NCBI GenBank assembly: GCA_963741095.1 | Contig: CAVUGN010000001.1 | Location: 79,747 to 143,746, forward strand | Direction: 5' to 3' | Length of the DNA stretch: 64,000 bases | Source: an uncultured Candidatus Micrarchaeota archaeon | GTDB lineage: Archaea > Micrarchaeota > Micrarchaeia > Micrarchaeales > Micrarchaeaceae | Part shown: positions 27,968-37,887 of the stretch, in pieces | Numbering within the stretch: the stretch's first letter is position 1 | How the letters are laid out: each line of letters starts with the position of its first letter | The notes under the pieces: generated by a model | Databases searched by the model: none | Told to the model about the DNA's origin: nothing | Seen by the model: the letters and a program-made list of their open reading frames with translations, nothing else | Made by a program: the position numbers and the translations under genes

Positions 27968-28714
27968 TCATCTGCTGAAATTCCACGCTTCTGTGCCGTA
28001 GACCGTCTTTGCCAGTTCCTCTGCCCTCCTTGATTCTTCGCTGCTCAATGTTCCGAATCCGAAATCCTTGCCAGAAGTGAATCCCTTTACAAGCGCGTTG
28101 TAGAGCTCGTTTATCGAGACGTCTGAATTCTTTTTTACCGATGTGACGCGCTCCTCTGCGCTCTTTATCATCCTGTCTGACAGCTTTTCTGCGCTGACGT
28201 TGAGGACGGAGAACATCTTTTTCAGGTCGGTGTCGTAGAGCACCGTGCCGTGCTGCAGCAGCACGCCCTGTTTCCTTGTCTGCGCGTTGCCGGATATTTT
28301 TTTCCCGTTGACGGTTATGTCGTTTATCGGCTCGAAGCTTGCATCCAATCCGATCTCCTTCAGGCCGGATATTATCCAGCCGCATACGAACCTGTAGCTT
28401 TCTCTTATTCCTTGCGGGAAGAGCTGCAGCGGCGCAATCACGCTGTAGGTTATTTCTCCGTTGAAGTCGTGGAAGACCGCTCCGCCGCCAGTTATCCTTC
28501 TTATGCAATCGATTCCGAGAGCTTTGCACCTCTGCACGTTAACCTCTTTGGCCATGCTCTGGAAGGTGCCGATCGATACCGCGCTGGGATCCCATCTGTA
28601 AAAACGTATCGTTGGCGCCGCTTTTTTGTCGCGCACCGCCTCCATTATCGACTCGTCGATGCCCATGTTCATGCGGGCGTCATGAGCTTCAAGCCCGATT
28701 ATTCTCCACTGCGT
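27968..28714 (-). CDS. lplA: lipoate-protein ligase catalytic subunit (LplA/LipM family); no ATG at the expected start
   Basis: QWRII...NMGIDE, RRITGGGAVFHD, ND...NGKKISGNAQ, QHGT; the frame extends to ACG at 28714 after GGTGA; first ATG at 28672. Confidence 0.88.
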   Translation of the reverse strand, partial: TQWRIIGLEAHDARMNMGIDESIMEAVRDKKAAPTIRFYRWDPSAVSIGTFQSMAKEVNVQRCKALGIDCIRRITGGGAVFHDFNGEITYSVIAPLQLFPQGIRESYRFVCGWIISGLKEIGLDASFEPINDITVNGKKISGNAQTRKQGVLLQHGTVLYDTDLKKMFSVLNVSAEKLSDRMIKSAEERVTSVKKNSDVSINELYNALVKGFTSGKDFGFGTLSSEESRRAEELAKTVYGTEAWNFSR

Positions 28715-28995
28715 TTTCTCACCGCGATGCCTATCGTTTCTGCTATCGCCTCTGGCGTTACGCCTATCAGTTCGGCCTTTTCTGCCGCGATAACTCCGTT
28801 CAGCACTGCCACCATCTCTTTGCCGCTCGAATCCGCATTCATGCCGATCAGCGCCTTCTCCATCTTGTACAAGGATTCCTCTGGATGGATGAAAAAGTCG
28901 CCCAGTATCCTGATGCTCCTTATGCGGTCGTCGTATTCTATGCTTACTCCGACAAGCTTGCCGCCTTTTATCTTCTGTTCAGCAAATGCCTTCAT
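28699..28995 (-). CDS. lplB: lipoate-protein ligase accessory domain (LplB)
   Basis: KIKGGKLV, ILGDFFIHPEE, LIGVTPE. Confidence 0.85.
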   Translation of the reverse strand: MKAFAEQKIKGGKLVGVSIEYDDRIRSIRILGDFFIHPEESLYKMEKALIGMNADSSGKEMVAVLNGVIAAEKAELIGVTPEAIAETIGIAVRKRSGE

Positions 28996-29013
28996 CAAGA
29001 ACGCCTTCCAAGT

Positions 29014-29718
29014 TTAGAGTTTGAACGACGGAAACGGCTCTGCCAGATTTATCACGCGGACGTACATGTGGGATTTGCCGCTGAATGAGTTAGACGTCTC
29101 GACCTGGCCGGTGAGGTAGTTGTAGCTGATGGAGTTAAACACTCTCTTCTGGTCGACCTTTGCAAAGGCAAGGAATCTTGCCTCGCCGTCATGGAAGATC
29201 TCGTACGAACCTATGAAATGCTCTCCCTTGTAGAAGAAGCCGTAGACCTTCGGCGCACCACTGTCATCACCCATCCCGCTTAGCAGCACCTTTATCAGCG
29301 ATGCGAAATCCTTTACCGGCAGCAGTTTTATCTCCGGCTTTGCGCTGTTCTTCGCGCCGTAGGGGCTCTTCATGAACTCTATTATCGGTATCTTGTAAAG
29401 CCTCAGGTCCGGGGCCTCGGCGTTTATGTCGTCCTTCATCTCCGCGCCCTCCTCCCTTACGGATTCTTCTCCAGGGCTGTAGACGCAGAACTTGCCGATG
29501 CTGTTTGAGTCGCAGTAGTAGAGCAGGCGCACCTCGCCGACCTTCTCACCCATGGTGAACAGATGGTATAACTTGTTCTCCTTCACTGCGTTTATGGGGC
29601 TCACGGAGCCAGTGAAGTCGCAGACGTTCCTTGCAAGATCAAGGATGGAGTTGAGCTTTATGTAGCATGCTGCCGTCTCGCCTCCGGCCTTGCCTTTTTT
29701 CTTTGGCATTGCACTCAT
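29014..29718 (-). CDS. hypothetical protein
   Basis: 234-aa ORF coupled to its neighbours, normal codon usage. Confidence 0.7.
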   Translation of the reverse strand: MSAMPKKKGKAGGETAACYIKLNSILDLARNVCDFTGSVSPINAVKENKLYHLFTMGEKVGEVRLLYYCDSNSIGKFCVYSPGEESVREEGAEMKDDINAEAPDLRLYKIPIIEFMKSPYGAKNSAKPEIKLLPVKDFASLIKVLLSGMGDDSGAPKVYGFFYKGEHFIGSYEIFHDGEARFLAFAKVDQKRVFNSISYNYLTGQVETSNSFSGKSHMYVRVINLAEPFPSFKL

Positions 29719-30539
29719 CTATTGAACAGGAGGTTTATCAGGTACATGACCGCATACGCTGGCTCGTAGATTATCGGAAATGCCGGGGTGCCCTCGCCTA
29801 TCGCGGCATAGTCGTTGGGTATGCTCGCCTTCACCGTGAGGGTTATGTTGCTCTGCTGCGATATGCGGGAGCTTGCCACGGAGCTGACGCGCAGCACCGT
29901 GTGATAGACGTTTGGCTCCTGGGCGTATATCGAGTAGATGTAGGTCTGCGCGGTGTGGTGCAGCGCTATGACCGTTGAGTTGGAGTCCCAGGCCGGCAGG
30001 CCCTGCATGCCGATCACGAACGGGCTGTCGGAAACTCCGGTGTTGTTTATGTGCACGTACACCTTCGCAGGCTGGCCTATGCCAGAGCTTATGTCCGTGG
30101 GCGTTACGCTGAGCTTGAAGACGTCGGGAGTTACGTTCACGTAGATGTGGAAGGTTAGGTTCCCGACTTTTGAGTAGTTGCCGACATTGACCGCGGTGAG
30201 GTTGATCCGGTACATCCCGTCGATTGCGCCGGGTGCCACAGTCAGCTTGACTGTCGGGTATTGGTTGTAGAGCGAGGAGTTCTGCGCTATCCAGCCCCCG
30301 GGCACGTAGGAGGCGACAAGCTTGTTCCATCCCTGGTTGAGCAGGTAGCCTGTTGAATTCGTGGTCGCGGAGGAGATCGTGATGTAGAAGGTCTGGCCCG
30401 GACCGGCCTTGCCTATGAACACGCTGCTGTTGTTCTGCACAGTCACGTTGTAGGGCTCCACTATGTTGACATAGGCTGCGCTAGACAGCGTCATCAGTAC
30501 CAGCAGGATCAAAGGCGCAAAGTAAACGGTTCTTACCAC
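29715..30539 (-). CDS. secreted beta-rich (Ig-like) protein
   Basis: Signal peptide, many N-x-S/T sites, VHINNTG..D.PF, hydrophobic C-terminus. Confidence 0.7.
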   Translation of the reverse strand: MVRTVYFAPLILLVLMTLSSAAYVNIVEPYNVTVQNNSSVFIGKAGPGQTFYITISSATTNSTGYLLNQGWNKLVASYVPGGWIAQNSSLYNQYPTVKLTVAPGAIDGMYRINLTAVNVGNYSKVGNLTFHIYVNVTPDVFKLSVTPTDISSGIGQPAKVYVHINNTGVSDSPFVIGMQGLPAWDSNSTVIALHHTAQTYIYSIYAQEPNVYHTVLRVSSVASSRISQQSNITLTVKASIPNDYAAIGEGTPAFPIIYEPAYAVMYLINLLFNR

Positions 30540-30625
30540 ACAATCACTTCACTATAGTTTCAAAGCATACATTAATTTAGTTTTTGTTGGGCGGCCTTGG
30601 GGCCCTTCTGCCCGCACTTGTGCGT

Positions 30626-31183
30626 TCAGCTGAACTTGGCGGAGAATTGTATGATCCGCTGTATCGTGTTCGTGGTGCTTGGCAGGTTGGAGTAGGTGTA
30701 ATTCAGCCAGAGGTAGCCGGTCATCGTGGTGCCCGGAGAGCCCTTGGCATAGCCGTTGGCGCCGAAGCAGTTTGCCGAGAATGCGACCTGGCTGCTGGAG
30801 TACAGCGTGAGGGGCGTCTGCAGGTTGCTGTTGACAGGATAGAACTGCGGAGCCGCGGTGTATTTGACGAGATTGATGTTGCCGTACTGCGGCCAGTCGC
30901 CTATGGCGTTGACCGAAGCCGAACAGGCTGCGGCGTTTATTATTATGGTGCCGCCGGTCGCCTGCGAGAGCAGCACGGTGAACGAGCCGGTCCTGTTGAG
31001 CGCGAAGGCGACGCACGAGAACGACGGAGCGGCGTTGCAGTAGGTTGGCGCGAGGGCCTGGTTCGCGAACATGAAGTGGAATATCACGTAGGAGATTATC
31101 GCGAGCACTATGAACACAAGCCCGTACGCGGACATGAAATCCAGGGCCGCCTGGGCTTTCATGGGTTTTGTCTTCGCACTCAT
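30626..31183 (-). CDS. type IV pilin-like protein with class III signal peptide
   Basis: KAQ-AALDF followed by a hydrophobic helix; paired cysteines. Confidence 0.78.
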   Translation of the reverse strand: MSAKTKPMKAQAALDFMSAYGLVFIVLAIISYVIFHFMFANQALAPTYCNAAPSFSCVAFALNRTGSFTVLLSQATGGTIIINAAACSASVNAIGDWPQYGNINLVKYTAAPQFYPVNSNLQTPLTLYSSSQVAFSANCFGANGYAKGSPGTTMTGYLWLNYTYSNLPSTTNTIQRIIQFSAKFS

Positions 31184-31195
31184 GGAATTCCTCGA

Positions 31196-32398
31196 TCACT
31201 CTTCTTCCGCTCCGGACTTGCCGATCTGGAGCTTGACTCCGCTGGGATCCCGCGTTATCTTCACGTCGAGCTCGTCGCTGCCGAAGAGCTTGCGCAGCTC
31301 GTCGTAGGTGTATGAGCCCAGGTCCCTTGCCACGTCGCCCTTGCTCTTGAGTATCTCCTTCCTGCGCTCGGCTATCTTCTCCTTGTCGACGCGCTCGAAC
31401 GACAGTGACAGCCGCGGCACCTCGTTCGATTCGAAGAGGTTGTCTATGTTGAGGTCTATGAACTTGTAGCCCTCGTCCTGCAGTATGAACGGGAGCACCG
31501 CGTTGAATTCCTGCTTCACCTCCTCGACCGCCGCCTCGACGCGCTCCTTGGAGCCGGCGAGCACGAAGACGTCGCTGTTCAGGAAGCCCGCGAAGGCGCG
31601 CTCCTCCTTGTCCTTCGACAGTATGTCCTGCAGCAGCTGCGAGACTAGCCTGAGTATGACGACTCCGGATTTCCCGCCGAAGCGCTTCACGTAGTCGCCC
31701 AGGTGCTCTATCTTCAGCGTGCCTATGAAATATTCGGATCCCGCCTTTATGGAGTGCTCCACCTCCTTGGATATGCGCTCCTCGTCAGGCAGGTCTATGA
31801 GCGGGTCGAACTTCTTGCCCTTCTTCTTCAGGAATATTGTGACAAGGCTCCTCAGCTCCTTGGGATCGAACGGCTTCTTTATGTAATAGTCTGCGCCGTA
31901 CTTCAGGCCCTTGAACCTGTTGCTCGTCGGGTCCATTGCGCTTATAAGTATGACCGTGGTGTTGCTCGTGTCAGGATCGCCCTTTATGGTCTGGCAGATG
32001 TCCAGGCCATCCTTGTTGGGCAGCATCAGGTCGAGTATGACCAGATTCGGCCTGTTGCTCCTTATGAATTTTATCGCCTCGCCGCCGTCGTACAGCTGGT
32101 TTATCTCGAACTCCTTCCCTATCGAGAGCGCCATGAGCTTGTTTATGTTCTTGTCGTCCTCTACGATCAGCACCTTCCTCAACGGGTTCTGCTGCAGCAG
32201 GTAGTACATCATCACGCCCCCGGCGCTCCTTGATGCGATCAGCTGCTTCTCTTCCAGCACCAGGAGGCTGTCCCTGAGCTTGCGCTCGGATATGCCCCGG
32301 TTGAACGCGACGTCGCCCAGCTCGTTGTAGGAGATCTGCTGCCGCTCGTTTATTATGCTCAGAATGTCGTCAATTTCGCTGCCGTTCTGTGAAGCCAT
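31196..32398 (-). CDS. response regulator: N-terminal wHTH, REC domain, degenerate GGDEF-like domain
   Basis: VLIVEDD, LDLMLP (phospho-Asp), ISA, YIKKPF; then DPLIDLP...RFGGKSGVVILR...FLNSDVF. Confidence 0.85.
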   Translation of the reverse strand: MASQNGSEIDDILSIINERQQISYNELGDVAFNRGISERKLRDSLLVLEEKQLIASRSAGGVMMYYLLQQNPLRKVLIVEDDKNINKLMALSIGKEFEINQLYDGGEAIKFIRSNRPNLVILDLMLPNKDGLDICQTIKGDPDTSNTTVILISAMDPTSNRFKGLKYGADYYIKKPFDPKELRSLVTIFLKKKGKKFDPLIDLPDEERISKEVEHSIKAGSEYFIGTLKIEHLGDYVKRFGGKSGVVILRLVSQLLQDILSKDKEERAFAGFLNSDVFVLAGSKERVEAAVEEVKQEFNAVLPFILQDEGYKFIDLNIDNLFESNEVPRLSLSFERVDKEKIAERRKEILKSKGDVARDLGSYTYDELRKLFGSDELDVKITRDPSGVKLQIGKSGAEEE

Positions 32399-32545
32399 CC
32401 AATCGCCTATAGGGTATCAACAAAAAGTAATATTAGGCTTTTGATGTTTCGGTTGTAGTCGGAAGGTCCTGCGCTCCGATTGAAGGCGCTCGCACGCATT
32501 AGCCAACGTATTTAAAGTCTTTTTGACCAATAACTACGTTTTTAC

Positions 32546-33544
32546 ATGGCGGAACCCAGCAGAGACCCGGCAAGATCCAGCAGGCGTGGACATGGCATGA
32601 ACAAGACGGCCATCGGGGCGCTTGTGGTGGTCGTGATAGCGATCGTTTGGGCATATTTTGCATTGTCGAATGGCGCCGTGGGCATCAGCGCTGCCAGCGT
32701 GGAAACCCTTACCCCCGCACCGAGCTATTTCAGCATGGGTTCGGGCACATACTCCTTTTCGGTCGCACAGACGGGAAACAGCATGGCCTACGTTTATGTC
32801 GACAAGCTTCCGGTGTTCATGAACCAGCCGATGGAGGTCATGGTCGAGGAGAACAACATGACAAGGATAAACGCCGACTCTGGCAGCTTTGCAAACATGG
32901 GGATAACGCTTCAATCCGTGAACGGCAACAGCGTGAAGGTGGAGATAACACCGTTGGAGGCGAGCCTTGGGCTTGCGCCGGACACGGCCAGGATAAGCAC
33001 TGTGAACAACATGCTGCTCGCCAACGGCAGGAAGAACGTTACGACGAGCATCACCACAACGGCCACCACGACCGTTGCGTCAACCACCACGGTCTCGCAG
33101 ATCAACACCACGAGCGCGAACATAATGGCTGCGCTCAAGAAGAACAAGTCCTACGCAGTGATGCAGAACTACACCGTCCTGTACGCAAATTCGGCAAACT
33201 GCACGCAGAGCAAATACAACAGCGCGTACCTGAAATACTACGGTGTCATGCCAACCGGGCCGGAGGACTACCTGAACGTCAGCACGTTCCCGCTGCCTTA
33301 TGGCTTCTACACGAAAACGACGAACATTGGCAGGGGCAACTATTCGTTCGTTTACAAGTCCGAATCGACGGATTCCGATTACAACAACAGTCCTGCAGTG
33401 ACCATACTGATAAACGTATCGGGCTCCAGCGCGTACAACGTGACTTTCGGGGGCATATTCGAAGGCCAGACTTATCTTGGAATACTCGATGGTTACAATA
33501 AAGCTGCGGGCATAGGCGGCCCATGCGCGGCAGTCGTGCCGTAA
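32546..33544 (+). CDS. membrane-anchored or secreted hypothetical protein with T-rich linker
   Basis: N-terminal TM, TTTATTT linker, N-glycosylation sequons. Confidence 0.7.
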   Translation: MAEPSRDPARSSRRGHGMNKTAIGALVVVVIAIVWAYFALSNGAVGISAASVETLTPAPSYFSMGSGTYSFSVAQTGNSMAYVYVDKLPVFMNQPMEVMVEENNMTRINADSGSFANMGITLQSVNGNSVKVEITPLEASLGLAPDTARISTVNNMLLANGRKNVTTSITTTATTTVASTTTVSQINTTSANIMAALKKNKSYAVMQNYTVLYANSANCTQSKYNSAYLKYYGVMPTGPEDYLNVSTFPLPYGFYTKTTNIGRGNYSFVYKSESTDSDYNNSPAVTILINVSGSSAYNVTFGGIFEGQTYLGILDGYNKAAGIGGPCAAVVP

Positions 33545-33548
33545 CTGG

Positions 33549-35795
33549 TTATTGCGCGTCCTTGTGCACTGCCGGCTGCGCCGATGCCGGCTTCTTCTTC
33601 GGCTTCGGGTTTATCGGCAGCGTGAACCAGAACTTGCTGCCCTTTCCTGGCTCCGACACAAAGTCGATCTTGCCGCCGTGCAGCGTTATTATGTCCTTGG
33701 TTATTGACAGCCCCAGGCCGGTGCCCGCCTGCTCCTGCTTGACCAGCTCCTTCTTCGGGGCCTGGTAGAACTTCTTGAAGAGTTGCCTCTGGTCCTCGGG
33801 GTTTATGCCTATTCCAGTGTCGATGATGCTGCACTTCACGGACTTCTTGCTCTTTCTTTCTATCTCAACGGTTATGCCGCCGGTCTCGGTGAACTTCACC
33901 GCGTTTCCTATCAGGTTCACGAAGACCTGTATGAGCCGGTTTATGTCCGCGGTTATCTCGGGCACGTCGAACTTCGCGTTCCATGCGAAGGTCAGCCCCT
34001 TTGCCTCGGCGGATTCCTTGAGCGCCTTTATGCTCGGGTTGCCGCCCAGCTCCTTGAGGTCGACGCCCTCCTTCAGCTCGAGCTTCACCTTGTCGGAGTC
34101 GAGCTTCGCCGCCTCGAGCACCTGCTGTATTATCTGCGTGAGCCGCTTCACTTCTTCTATTATTGTGAAGACGTAGTCCTTCTGCTCGGCGTTAAGCACA
34201 CCGGGGCCGCCGTCGTACAGCAGTATGGAATAGCCGTTTATGTTAGTGAGCGGCGTCTTCAGCTCGTGGGTTATGTTGTAGATGAACTGGGACTTGAGGT
34301 CGCTTGTGGACTTGAGCCTGCTCACTTTGTTGAGCAGTTCCTTTATATCAGATTCCTGCTCGTTGATCCTCCTTCTCGTGGCCAATTCCTTCGTAACTAT
34401 TATGTAGCTGGAATTCCCGTCTATGTCCTTGAAGGCGCGCATCGAGTGCGTCGCAGGCACCTTCGAGCCGTCCTTTGCGAACAGGTCTATGTAGGAGTTG
34501 TCCACCTTATTGCCCTTTCTCACGTAGGACATGTCGCGGTCGAGTATGGACGGGTCGGCATAGAGGTTTCTTATGTCCTTGCCGGCGAGCTGGTCCCGCG
34601 CATAGCCCAGCACGGGCTCCACAGGCATGTTCGAACTTTTTATAAGTCCTGTTGCGTCAACCACCATGACTATGTCCGAGGTGTTGTCTATGAAATCGGT
34701 AAGAGTGGACTGCATGTTGGCCACGTACTGCTCGGCTCGCGCGTTCGCGAACAGCAGCACGTACCCGTTCGTCAGCTTCGACGCGACATAGCGTATCAGC
34801 ACCGGGGCGGAATCGGCGCTCATCAGGTTCATCGAACCTGAGAGGCTTCGCGTTCCCTTGGACAGCTTCTCCTTTAGCTCGACCCTTTCGTTCAGGGGCA
34901 CCATGTCGGTTATGAGCTTCCCGACGACCAGGTCGCTCTGGTATCCCATGACCTTCTCTATGCTGTTGGTGACGTCGGTGACCGTCAGGTTGTCGTCGAG
35001 GTACATTATCCCGGCGTATGCAGACTCGCCCATCAGCGAGAGGATCTTCTTGAACTTCTCGAGCTCGGTCACGTTCTGCACCGAGACGTGCATCAGCCGC
35101 TCGTTGACCGGCCTTGAGGCCAGCGCGTAAACGCGCATGGCGTTGTTCAGGTTGAGCTCCACCCTCGCGCTGCCCGAAGCGAGCTGCTTGACGTCGAGGT
35201 TGAGTATCTTGCCGATCTCGCTGTTCTGCACATCGTAGCCGAACTCGTTGATGGCGCTCTTGTTCGCCTTGACTATTGAGCCTGTGTTCGACACAAGCAA
35301 TTGCGGTGTAACGCTGCTGAAGGCGCCGTCGAAATAGCTCGCCAGCCTCGCGCTCTTGCTGCTCTCGTACTTGTACATCAGCGCGAAGCCCATGAACGAG
35401 GCTCCGAACGAGATGCTGCTCATCAGGTCCTCGGTGAACTTGTTCTCCGCGTTGGAGAGCAGCTCCATCACCGACACGACCCTGCCGCCAGTCATGACCG
35501 GCATGATGGCGCAGCTCTTGTAGCCCCTGTTCTTGTAGCCTATGAATTCGGGAAACGAAGAGAAATCGCTCAGCTGGTTGTCGATGTAACTTTTTCGGGT
35601 GTTGAGCACGTAGTCGAGCAGCGCGCTGCTCTTGTAGTCGCCGCTGTAGATGTTGGTCATGCTGACCTTGTCCAGGCCGAAGTACTCCGAGATTATCTTG
35701 GTGAACTGCCTCGTCAGCTCTTCCTCGCTCACCGCGCTGTTGGTGATGGGTATGAGGTCGAGGAGCAGTTTGCTGACAACCATTTCGTGTACCAT
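33549..35795 (-). CDS. cytoplasmic sensor histidine kinase (GAF-like, PAS domains, HisKA, HATPase)
   Basis: HELKTPL H-box, NLIGNAVKF, DTGIGI, GTGLGL; PAS-like repeats; no TM segment seen. Confidence 0.93.
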   Translation of the reverse strand: MVHEMVVSKLLLDLIPITNSAVSEEELTRQFTKIISEYFGLDKVSMTNIYSGDYKSSALLDYVLNTRKSYIDNQLSDFSSFPEFIGYKNRGYKSCAIMPVMTGGRVVSVMELLSNAENKFTEDLMSSISFGASFMGFALMYKYESSKSARLASYFDGAFSSVTPQLLVSNTGSIVKANKSAINEFGYDVQNSEIGKILNLDVKQLASGSARVELNLNNAMRVYALASRPVNERLMHVSVQNVTELEKFKKILSLMGESAYAGIMYLDDNLTVTDVTNSIEKVMGYQSDLVVGKLITDMVPLNERVELKEKLSKGTRSLSGSMNLMSADSAPVLIRYVASKLTNGYVLLFANARAEQYVANMQSTLTDFIDNTSDIVMVVDATGLIKSSNMPVEPVLGYARDQLAGKDIRNLYADPSILDRDMSYVRKGNKVDNSYIDLFAKDGSKVPATHSMRAFKDIDGNSSYIIVTKELATRRRINEQESDIKELLNKVSRLKSTSDLKSQFIYNITHELKTPLTNINGYSILLYDGGPGVLNAEQKDYVFTIIEEVKRLTQIIQQVLEAAKLDSDKVKLELKEGVDLKELGGNPSIKALKESAEAKGLTFAWNAKFDVPEITADINRLIQVFVNLIGNAVKFTETGGITVEIERKSKKSVKCSIIDTGIGINPEDQRQLFKKFYQAPKKELVKQEQAGTGLGLSITKDIITLHGGKIDFVSEPGKGSKFWFTLPINPKPKKKPASAQPAVHKDAQ

Positions 35796-35916
35796 ATCAA
35801 CATACCCTTCCAGACGAGTGCAGCCATTCAATCAGCTACACGAATGTAGAATTTTAGTAGTCATTTAGCAGAGAACTTATTTAAGACTATTTTGTGAGTT
35901 CCTATCGGGTGGCAGT

Positions 35917-36315
35917 ATGCGCGACATAAGAGGCTTGGTCGCGAGAGCCCTGAGGGACATGGAGCTCGCGAAGAGGTACAGACAGAGGAAGGAATACGCG
36001 GCGACCACATTGCTCTACAACAAGGCGATAGAGAGAGTGCTCAAGGCCCTGTTCATAAGCAAGAAGAGGAAGAACCCGCCACTGGGAGCGTCTGCGGTGT
36101 TCCTGGCGTCCAACATCAAGATGCCCGAAGAGATAATGAGCGGGCTGGCGGCGCTGCAGGAGGCCGACGACGAGGTCTTGTGGAGCGGAAATGAGGCGGC
36201 CATAATGACCTACGAGCGGATAGGCAAGAGCATGAAGGCGGAGCACAAGCTCATCCAGATGGACGAGCTCGCCACGAGGCTCATCGACTCCGCGATGGGG
36301 CGCGCCAAGGCATGA
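35917..36315 (+). CDS. HEPN-domain-like protein
   Basis: ARALRDMELAK...Y......KAIERVLKAL resembles the HEPN N-terminal helices. Confidence 0.65.
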   Translation: MRDIRGLVARALRDMELAKRYRQRKEYAATTLLYNKAIERVLKALFISKKRKNPPLGASAVFLASNIKMPEEIMSGLAALQEADDEVLWSGNEAAIMTYERIGKSMKAEHKLIQMDELATRLIDSAMGRAKA

Positions 36316-36380
36316 ATGCGGGATGGGAGGCCGCACGGATAGGATTTATAGTCTTCACAGCCCCAATAGTGGTGGATCCA

Positions 36381-37040
36381 ATGGCATTGAGGCAGCTTTT
36401 TCCGGGCGTTTATCTCATAGACGGCAAGATCGCAACTCTTAACCTCGCAAGAGGCTACAAGGTCTACGGCGAGGATCTCGTCGTGGTCGACAGGGAGGAG
36501 TACAGGCTGTGGAACCCGTACAGGAGCAAGCTCGCCGCGGCGATGAAGGTCGGGATGAGGAACTTCAACATAAGATGGGGCGACCGCGTCCTGTATCTCG
36601 GCGCCGCCACGGGGACGACGGCCAGCCACGTGAGCGACATAGTCGGAAAGGACGGCAGGGTCTACGGCCTGGAGCTTTCGGAGCGGAACATGCGCGAATT
36701 CATAGGCGTCTGCGAGCACAGGAGCAACATGCTGCCGATACTCGCAGATGCAAGGTACACGGACAGCTACAGCGGAACTGTCGATCTTTGCGATGTGATA
36801 TACCAGGACGTTTCCGCAAGGGACCAGGCGCACATACTGTTGGAGAACAGCAGGTTCCTTAAGAAGGGCGGGCTTGCTTATTTCGTCATAAAGTCGCAGA
36901 GCGTCGACGTGTCGAAGAGGCCCGAAGAGGTTTATCGCAACGTGCTGGACAGGCTGAAGGGCAGTTTCTCGATTCTTGAGCGCATGAGCCTTGAGCCCTA
37001 CGACAGCCTGCACCTGTTCACGGTGCTCAGGAAGATTTAG
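36381..37040 (+). CDS. flpA: fibrillarin-like rRNA/tRNA 2'-O-methyltransferase
   Basis: YRLWNPYRSKLAAA, VLYLGAATGTTASHVSD, ILADAR, IYQDV. Confidence 0.96.
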   Translation: MALRQLFPGVYLIDGKIATLNLARGYKVYGEDLVVVDREEYRLWNPYRSKLAAAMKVGMRNFNIRWGDRVLYLGAATGTTASHVSDIVGKDGRVYGLELSERNMREFIGVCEHRSNMLPILADARYTDSYSGTVDLCDVIYQDVSARDQAHILLENSRFLKKGGLAYFVIKSQSVDVSKRPEEVYRNVLDRLKGSFSILERMSLEPYDSLHLFTVLRKI

Positions 37041-37056
37041 CTTTGGTGGTGGATCC

Positions 37057-37881
37057 ATGGATGCCGGAAAATGCATGAAGCTGCTAAGAGACATAGAGAA
37101 ATCCGGAACGAAACTCATCTGCACCTACTGCGGAGTCGAGACGCTGTCGGTGGGCAGCACGGGCATATGCTCCAACTGCGAGAATTTCATAGACACGGAC
37201 AGGAAGTCGCTCATGGGCACCGACCCGGAGCGGGTGGACGACCTCGATGCCATAAGGAAAGGAATCGCGAACAGGGATTTCGAATCCGTGATATCGGTCT
37301 ATGAAAAGATGAGGAGCGTCGACGAAGAGCCGTCGCTGATGTACGCCGAGGCACTGGCGTGCATAGGCTACTCGAACTATGAGATATCACTCATAAGATA
37401 CGACAGGAAGGGTTTCATGGAGGAGAACACGGCGCTCCGGAACAAGGGCTCCGAGATCGCTTCGAAAGCTAAACTGCTGATCACTAAGGCCATGCACCTC
37501 GCGACCGATGACATAGACAAGGGAAATGCATCCACGGGCACCATGTACACCCTCTTCCTGTTGCAGATAAAGCTTGGAGCGATGAAGGGGGCGGAGTACA
37601 TGCTGCACGAGCTGAACAGGGTCGGAGGCTACATCCCGGAGTACACCAACATCGTCTTCAATGCGAACATGAGGAGGTATGAAGACATGATGAAGCACGT
37701 CGACATGATGGAGAGGGGCAACCAGCTCCCGCTGAATACGGTCTATTATGTCGCATTGGCGCTGTTCAAAAGCGGGAATATTGCAGATTCTGGGGGGCTG
37801 CTGGTGGCGCTGCAGAAATTTATGTCCAGTCCCAATGTTGAATCGCTACTTGCAGAGATCGTGGGCACGCAGCAGGTATGA
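37057..37881 (+). CDS. hypothetical protein with N-terminal zinc ribbon and helical (TPR-like) region
   Basis: CTYCG...CSNC followed by helical repeats. Confidence 0.6.
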   Translation: MDAGKCMKLLRDIEKSGTKLICTYCGVETLSVGSTGICSNCENFIDTDRKSLMGTDPERVDDLDAIRKGIANRDFESVISVYEKMRSVDEEPSLMYAEALACIGYSNYEISLIRYDRKGFMEENTALRNKGSEIASKAKLLITKAMHLATDDIDKGNASTGTMYTLFLLQIKLGAMKGAEYMLHELNRVGGYIPEYTNIVFNANMRRYEDMMKHVDMMERGNQLPLNTVYYVALALFKSGNIADSGGLLVALQKFMSSPNVESLLAEIVGTQQV

Positions 37882-37887
37882 AAGGGC

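Noticed and set aside
30589-30614. GC-rich hairpin after the pilin-like gene
   Set aside because: Short and imperfect; cannot be called a terminator or ncRNA
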